Below, in pieces: positions 59,775 through 64,000 of a DNA stretch of 64,000 nt. The stretch comes from Myxococcales bacterium (GTDB taxonomy: Bacteria; Myxococcota_A; Polyangia; Polyangiales; DASUME01), in NCBI GenBank assembly GCA_047601445.1, contig JASGJH010000001.1:7680001-7744000 (forward strand), read 5' to 3'. The notes under the pieces are model-generated. The model did no database searches. It worked only from the letters and a program-made list of their open reading frames with translations, and had not been told where the DNA came from. How positions within the stretch are numbered: the first letter of the stretch is position 1; every line of letters starts with the position of its first letter. A program made the translations under genes and the position numbers.

Positions 59775-60005
59775 GCGCGTTGGGGGCCAAGCCCGCCGGA
59801 TGTGCGATGTGGCCCGATGTGCGCCCTGAGTCTGTGGGCTAGCCCGCCCGCAACCGCCCCCTGCGCTGCGCACCCCTCGCCCGGCTTCTGGGCGCGCACA
59901 AAGTTGGGTAAATTGGGGTGCTTGCTCGAGAGCCCCGGAAAAAGCGTCGGCCTTGGTCACGGCTTTCCCGGTGGCTGCTAGGAGTAATCAAAGGAGCTTG
60001 AGAGC

Positions 60006-60200
60006 ATGTCGATGACCAACTGGAAGAGCACTTTGTGCAGCCTGGGCGCAGCCCTTCTGCTCGGGGGAGTCGGGGCGGGCTCGTACCACTACCTCACGTC
60101 TTCTTCGGCGTCGGAGTGCTGCAAGCAGGGCGCAGCCTGTTGCAAGCCGGGCGCCGAGTGCTGCAAGCGCCACGCGCATCCGAGCAACGAGCCTGGCTGA
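60006..60200 (+). CDS. Small membrane-anchored/exported Cys-Cys repeat protein (64 aa)
   Basis: AAGGAG RBS; hydrophobic N-terminus; ECCKQGAACCKPGAECCKRHAH. Confidence 0.7.
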   Translation: MSMTNWKSTLCSLGAALLLGGVGAGSYHYLTSSSASECCKQGAACCKPGAECCKRHAHPSNEPG

Positions 60201-60211
60201 AGGTCCTCTGG

Positions 60212-60787
60212 GTGGTGGAGCCTCAGCAGGCGCGAGCCCGTTCGACTGCGGAACGTGAACTCGATCTCCTGATGGCCCAGCTCTCCGCGGGAGAGCGCAC
60301 CGCCTTCGATCCGTTGTTTCGAGCCCTCTACCCGCGCGCACAGCGCTTGGCGGCCTTGCGTCTCGGCCACGCGCAGGCAGCGGATGTGGCCCAGTCGGCG
60401 CTGCTCAGGGTGTTCGCCCGCGCCAGCGAGTTTCGTGCGGGCAGCGCGGTGTTGCCCTGGTTCTACGCCATCGTCGCCAACGAGATTACGGCCGCGCGGC
60501 GCAAGCGAGGGCCGCTGTCTGCACGCGAGAGCGGCGACGATCCGGCGCGCACGGGAGAGCCCGCGCCCGAGCTCGAGAGCGATCCCGAAGCGCAGCTGCT
60601 GGAGCAGGAGTTGGTGCGGGCCGTGCGGCTCGCCATCGACGAGCTCGATCGCCCCTCTGCGGAAGCCATTGCGGCCATGCTGGAGGGCAGCGCCATCCCC
60701 GGCCTCACGGCGCCGGCCTTTCGCAAGCGGGTCTCGCGGGCCTACGCGCGGCTCAGGTTGCTCCTACGAGGTTCCCATGGAGACTGA
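60212..60787 (+). CDS. ECF RNA polymerase sigma factor
   Basis: G...AF..LF, A.DVAQ...RVF, W.Y.I..N, region 4 RKRVSRA..RLR. Confidence 0.85.
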   Translation: MVEPQQARARSTAERELDLLMAQLSAGERTAFDPLFRALYPRAQRLAALRLGHAQAADVAQSALLRVFARASEFRAGSAVLPWFYAIVANEITAARRKRGPLSARESGDDPARTGEPAPELESDPEAQLLEQELVRAVRLAIDELDRPSAEAIAAMLEGSAIPGLTAPAFRKRVSRAYARLRLLLRGSHGD

Positions 60788-61358
60788 CTTGCACATCGAT
60801 CCGGAGCTCCTCGTACGCGCGCGGCGCGCCTACGAGCGCGGGCGCTTGTTGAGCGGTCTGGTGCGGGCAGCTGGCCTCAGTGCGATCGCGGGCCTGGTGG
60901 CGCGTCTCGGGCTCGAACTCGATGTGTTGCCGTGGTTGCCCCTGAGCTTCTTGCTGTGGCTCTCGGTGTACTACAAGGGTGGGGCGCTCCTGGATGGCGC
61001 GCGCTACGGCTTGTTGGCAGGGGTGCTCACGTGGCTCTTGCCGCTGTCGATTCTGCGGCCGTGTTGTCGGCATGGCATGGGTGCGGGGCTCGAGACGCCC
61101 TGCACGATGCCCAGCATGTGCGTGCTGGCTGGCGCGGTGCTGGGGCTCGGTTTGGTCGCCACCATGCCACGCATGCGCGCGGGTAAGCGAGCGCTGACCA
61201 GCTTGGGCATGGTGCTCGGGGTGCTGTCGCTGGCAGCGCTCAAGTGCTCGGCGTTGTTCGCGGGCGAGGCGCTGGGGCTGCTCGGCGGCCTGAGCGCGGG
61301 CATCCTGGGGCTGGCGGCCTTCGAGGCGCTGCTCGAGCGTCGCCGGGCGGCGCACTAG
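60777..61358 (+). CDS. Multi-TM Cys-containing putative anti-sigma factor
   Basis: Overlaps the sigma gene; about 6 TM helices; loop RPCC...PC....C and LKCS. Confidence 0.65.
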   Translation: METDLHIDPELLVRARRAYERGRLLSGLVRAAGLSAIAGLVARLGLELDVLPWLPLSFLLWLSVYYKGGALLDGARYGLLAGVLTWLLPLSILRPCCRHGMGAGLETPCTMPSMCVLAGAVLGLGLVATMPRMRAGKRALTSLGMVLGVLSLAALKCSALFAGEALGLLGGLSAGILGLAAFEALLERRRAAH

Positions 61359-61372
61359 CTAGGGGACGCCCC

Positions 61373-63931
61373 CTAGGCAGAGGAGCGCTCGTCCTCGCTA
61401 GAGTTGCCCTGGAGCGCAGCGTCGATGTTCTCGATCAGGGTGTGCGCGTAGACGGGGCGGCGAATGTTCAGATCGCAGTCGAGCTGGTTAAGATCGGGGT
61501 GGCTGCCGACTTCGACCCCGATCACCTGCAGATCCGGGTACAGCGCTCGAGCCGTGTGCGGCAAGCTCGCCACGCTCTGACCGAGCTCTCCATCCACCAC
61601 CAAGACGTCGAGGGGACCCGCGCCCAGCTGTGCTGCGGCGTCGCGGGCGGAACTCACCAGGATCACGTTGTAGCCGGCCTGGCCGATGGATATCGCCACG
61701 TCGTGGTCGATGTTGGGGCCGAACACCAAAAGCACGCGCGGCGCTCGTACGACCTCGGATTGCAGCGGTTCGCGGCGCGCCGAACGGGCGGCGTCGTGCC
61801 GGGGTAGGAAGATCCGCATGCGCGTGCCCTTGTTGAGCTCGCTGTCCACCTCGAGGAAGCCGCCGGCCTCACGCACGATGCTCTGGCAGATGGCGAGCCC
61901 GAGGCCCGTGCCCTCGCCCTCGGCCTTGGTGGTGAAGAACGGCTCGAAGACCTTGCTCAGGGTCAGCTCGTCCATGCCGCGTCCGTCGTCCTCCACCCCC
62001 ACCACCACGAATTCGCCCTGACAGTCGAGCCGCTCTTGCCCGGCGCGCTCGGCGTCCACGAACTCAACGTGGCTCGTCAGCAGGATGTCGTGTCCGTGGC
62101 CGTCGGTGGCCTGCGCGGCGTTGGTGACGAGGTTGAGGATCAGCTGGCGCAGCCGGCTGCGATCGATGAGGACGCTGCCGCCTTCTGCGTGCAGATGCTC
62201 GGTGATGCGCAGGCTCCGGCCCGCCATCGCTTGCACCAGGGGCTGCAGCTGCTGGAGCAGCTCGTCCACGTCGGTGACTTGCTTGTGCTCGGGCGTCTTG
62301 CGCGCGTACACCAGCAAGGACTGGGTCAATTCTTTCGCCTGGGTGAGGGCTGCCTCGAGCGAGGCCTTGCTGCGTTCCGCCCGCTCGCCGTGCGCCGAGC
62401 ACGCCAAAAACGCGGTCTGATTCATGATCACGGTCAGCAGGTTGTTGAAGTCGTGGGCCACCGCCGAGGCCAAGTGTCCCAGGCTCTCGAGCTTGGCCTG
62501 CTGCGTGAGCTCCGCCTCGAGCCGCAGCCGATCGGTGAGATCCATGCCGAGCGTGATCACACCGCGGGAGCGACCGCTGGTGTCCTTCAGCACCGTGCGC
62601 GTCCACAACAGCCGACGCACGTCACCTGCCTTGGTCCGGATGGCGTACTCCACGCGCGGCGCGATGGCGCCCACCCGCAAGGCGGCGTCGTAGCTCGCGT
62701 GCAGCCGCACCGCTTCTTCGCGCGAGTCGAGGTAGTCGTACCAGGAAGTCCCGAGGACCTCGTCTCGCTCGTAGCCCAAGACCAGCGAGAAGTAGGGGTT
62801 CACGTCCTGGATGCGCCCCTCGGTATCGATGTGCACCGCGATCATCGCGATGTTGTGGAGCAGCGTGCGAGCCCGGCGCTCGCTCTCCTCGCGTGCGAGT
62901 TCGGCCTCGCGCTGGGCCGTGATGTCGGCCAGCACGCCCTGGAAGGCCATCGGGTTGCCCTGGGCGTCGCGGATCAACGTGCTGCTGTCGCGGATCCAGC
63001 ACACGCCACGCCCCTCGAGATGCACGCGGTACACCAGCTCATCCGCGAAGCCCCGCGACAGATCCTTGCGGTAGCGCTCGAGCACGCGGGGACGATCTTC
63101 CTTCACGATGCGGTTCAGCCACGCGCGCGGCCCCATGCGCAGCCAGTCGCCCACGCTGAAGCCGCCGAACTCGTTGACCTTGGGGCTCAGGTAGCGAAGC
63201 CGTTTGCAGCCGGCGTCCATCGAGTAGACCGTCACGGGCAGGGACTCCACCAAGTTACGGTAGCGAGCCTGGGCCTCCTGCGCGGCGTACTCCGCCCGCA
63301 CGCGACGTTCCGCCTCGACGCCCAGCGCCACCAGCGAGCCTAGCTGCGAGGCGAAGGCGAGCTCGGCGGGCCACCACGTCCGCGTTCCTCCGAGGTGCTC
63401 CAGGCAAACCACGCCGATGGGCTCTCCCTGGGCCAGCACCGCGATGTCCAACAAGGCGCCCACGTTGTGTTCTTCGAGGTAAGCGCGCAGCTCACGCAAG
63501 CGCGCGTCCTTCCGCGTGTCCGTCACCGCCAACGGTTCCTCGGCGCGCAGCGCGCTGAAGTAGCTGGGTGCGTCTGCCGGTCGAAGCAGCAAGCCATCCG
63601 CAGAGACCTGGACGCCGTCTACCAGCAGCACTCGACAGCCGAGGTTGCCGTGCCGATCGGTGAGCCACACGCTGACGCGCCGCACCTGCACCGCCTGCGC
63701 CGTGAGCACCGCGATGGCGTGCATGGTCTCGAGCAGATTGGTGTCGTTGGGGGGGCGGTTCCTCAGAACGCGCTGCAGCGTATCCGAGCACGCGCGCAGT
63801 CGTTGACTGAGGTCGTGTTGGCGCCGCAGCTGCTCGCGGTAGGCCGCCTCGCGCGCCTCGAGTTCAGACCGCCGTCGTTGATTCCAGAAGGAGTCGCGAA
63901 CTTCGTCGACCACGGGGCCCCCCAATCGCAA
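61373..63931 (-). CDS. GAF-PAS-PAS hybrid histidine kinase with degenerate receiver
   Basis: GAF (GVVCLEH), 2 PAS domains, AHDFNNLL, FEPFFTTK..GTGLGL. Start uncertain. Confidence 0.9.
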   Translation of the reverse strand: MRLGGPVVDEVRDSFWNQRRRSELEAREAAYREQLRRQHDLSQRLRACSDTLQRVLRNRPPNDTNLLETMHAIAVLTAQAVQVRRVSVWLTDRHGNLGCRVLLVDGVQVSADGLLLRPADAPSYFSALRAEEPLAVTDTRKDARLRELRAYLEEHNVGALLDIAVLAQGEPIGVVCLEHLGGTRTWWPAELAFASQLGSLVALGVEAERRVRAEYAAQEAQARYRNLVESLPVTVYSMDAGCKRLRYLSPKVNEFGGFSVGDWLRMGPRAWLNRIVKEDRPRVLERYRKDLSRGFADELVYRVHLEGRGVCWIRDSSTLIRDAQGNPMAFQGVLADITAQREAELAREESERRARTLLHNIAMIAVHIDTEGRIQDVNPYFSLVLGYERDEVLGTSWYDYLDSREEAVRLHASYDAALRVGAIAPRVEYAIRTKAGDVRRLLWTRTVLKDTSGRSRGVITLGMDLTDRLRLEAELTQQAKLESLGHLASAVAHDFNNLLTVIMNQTAFLACSAHGERAERSKASLEAALTQAKELTQSLLVYARKTPEHKQVTDVDELLQQLQPLVQAMAGRSLRITEHLHAEGGSVLIDRSRLRQLILNLVTNAAQATDGHGHDILLTSHVEFVDAERAGQERLDCQGEFVVVGVEDDGRGMDELTLSKVFEPFFTTKAEGEGTGLGLAICQSIVREAGGFLEVDSELNKGTRMRIFLPRHDAARSARREPLQSEVVRAPRVLLVFGPNIDHDVAISIGQAGYNVILVSSARDAAAQLGAGPLDVLVVDGELGQSVASLPHTARALYPDLQVIGVEVGSHPDLNQLDCDLNIRRPVYAHTLIENIDAALQGNSSEDERSSA

Positions 63932-64000
63932 GCTTCAACTTTCAGCCTGGCTCGCGTGCGCAGCGCACACAACGCTTCACCGCCGAATTCGCGGGTGAAT

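Overview
GC-rich bacterial chromosome segment. It is most consistent with a myxobacterium (Myxococcota, probably Polyangiales-like), judged from a MYXO-CTERM-like sorting tail, GDGD-repeat lipoproteins, sigma-54 promoters and several hybrid kinases; the taxonomy is inference. Housekeeping genes: mreB-mreC-mreD-mrdA-rodA, leuA-leuB, fbp and bioF. Accessory genes: a TraA/TraB-like surface protein pair; an excision/break-repair neighbourhood (LigC, a stand-alone LigD-type primase-polymerase, and PolX-PHP with a degenerate polymerase site); actinobacterial-type crtT-crtU-crtV aromatic carotenoid genes; an OatA-like acyltransferase facing an SGNH hydrolase; an ECF sigma / Cys-rich anti-sigma / Cys-Cys miniprotein module; several two-component proteins and lipoproteins. 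The most unusual structure is a 116-bp hairpin-rich insert between mrdA and rodA. It is flanked by a 14-bp direct repeat that duplicates the RBS+TGATG junction, and it encodes a 38-aa ORF overlapping both neighbours (MIRU-like translational relay). Also seen: paired TetR operators, a shared sigma-54 enhancer motif at two loci 27 kb apart, composite inverted repeats, unannotated small proteins, and two single-base frameshifts that may be sequencing errors. No rRNA, tRNA, CRISPR array, transposase or integrase was found. All family assignments come from motif recognition only; no searches were run.
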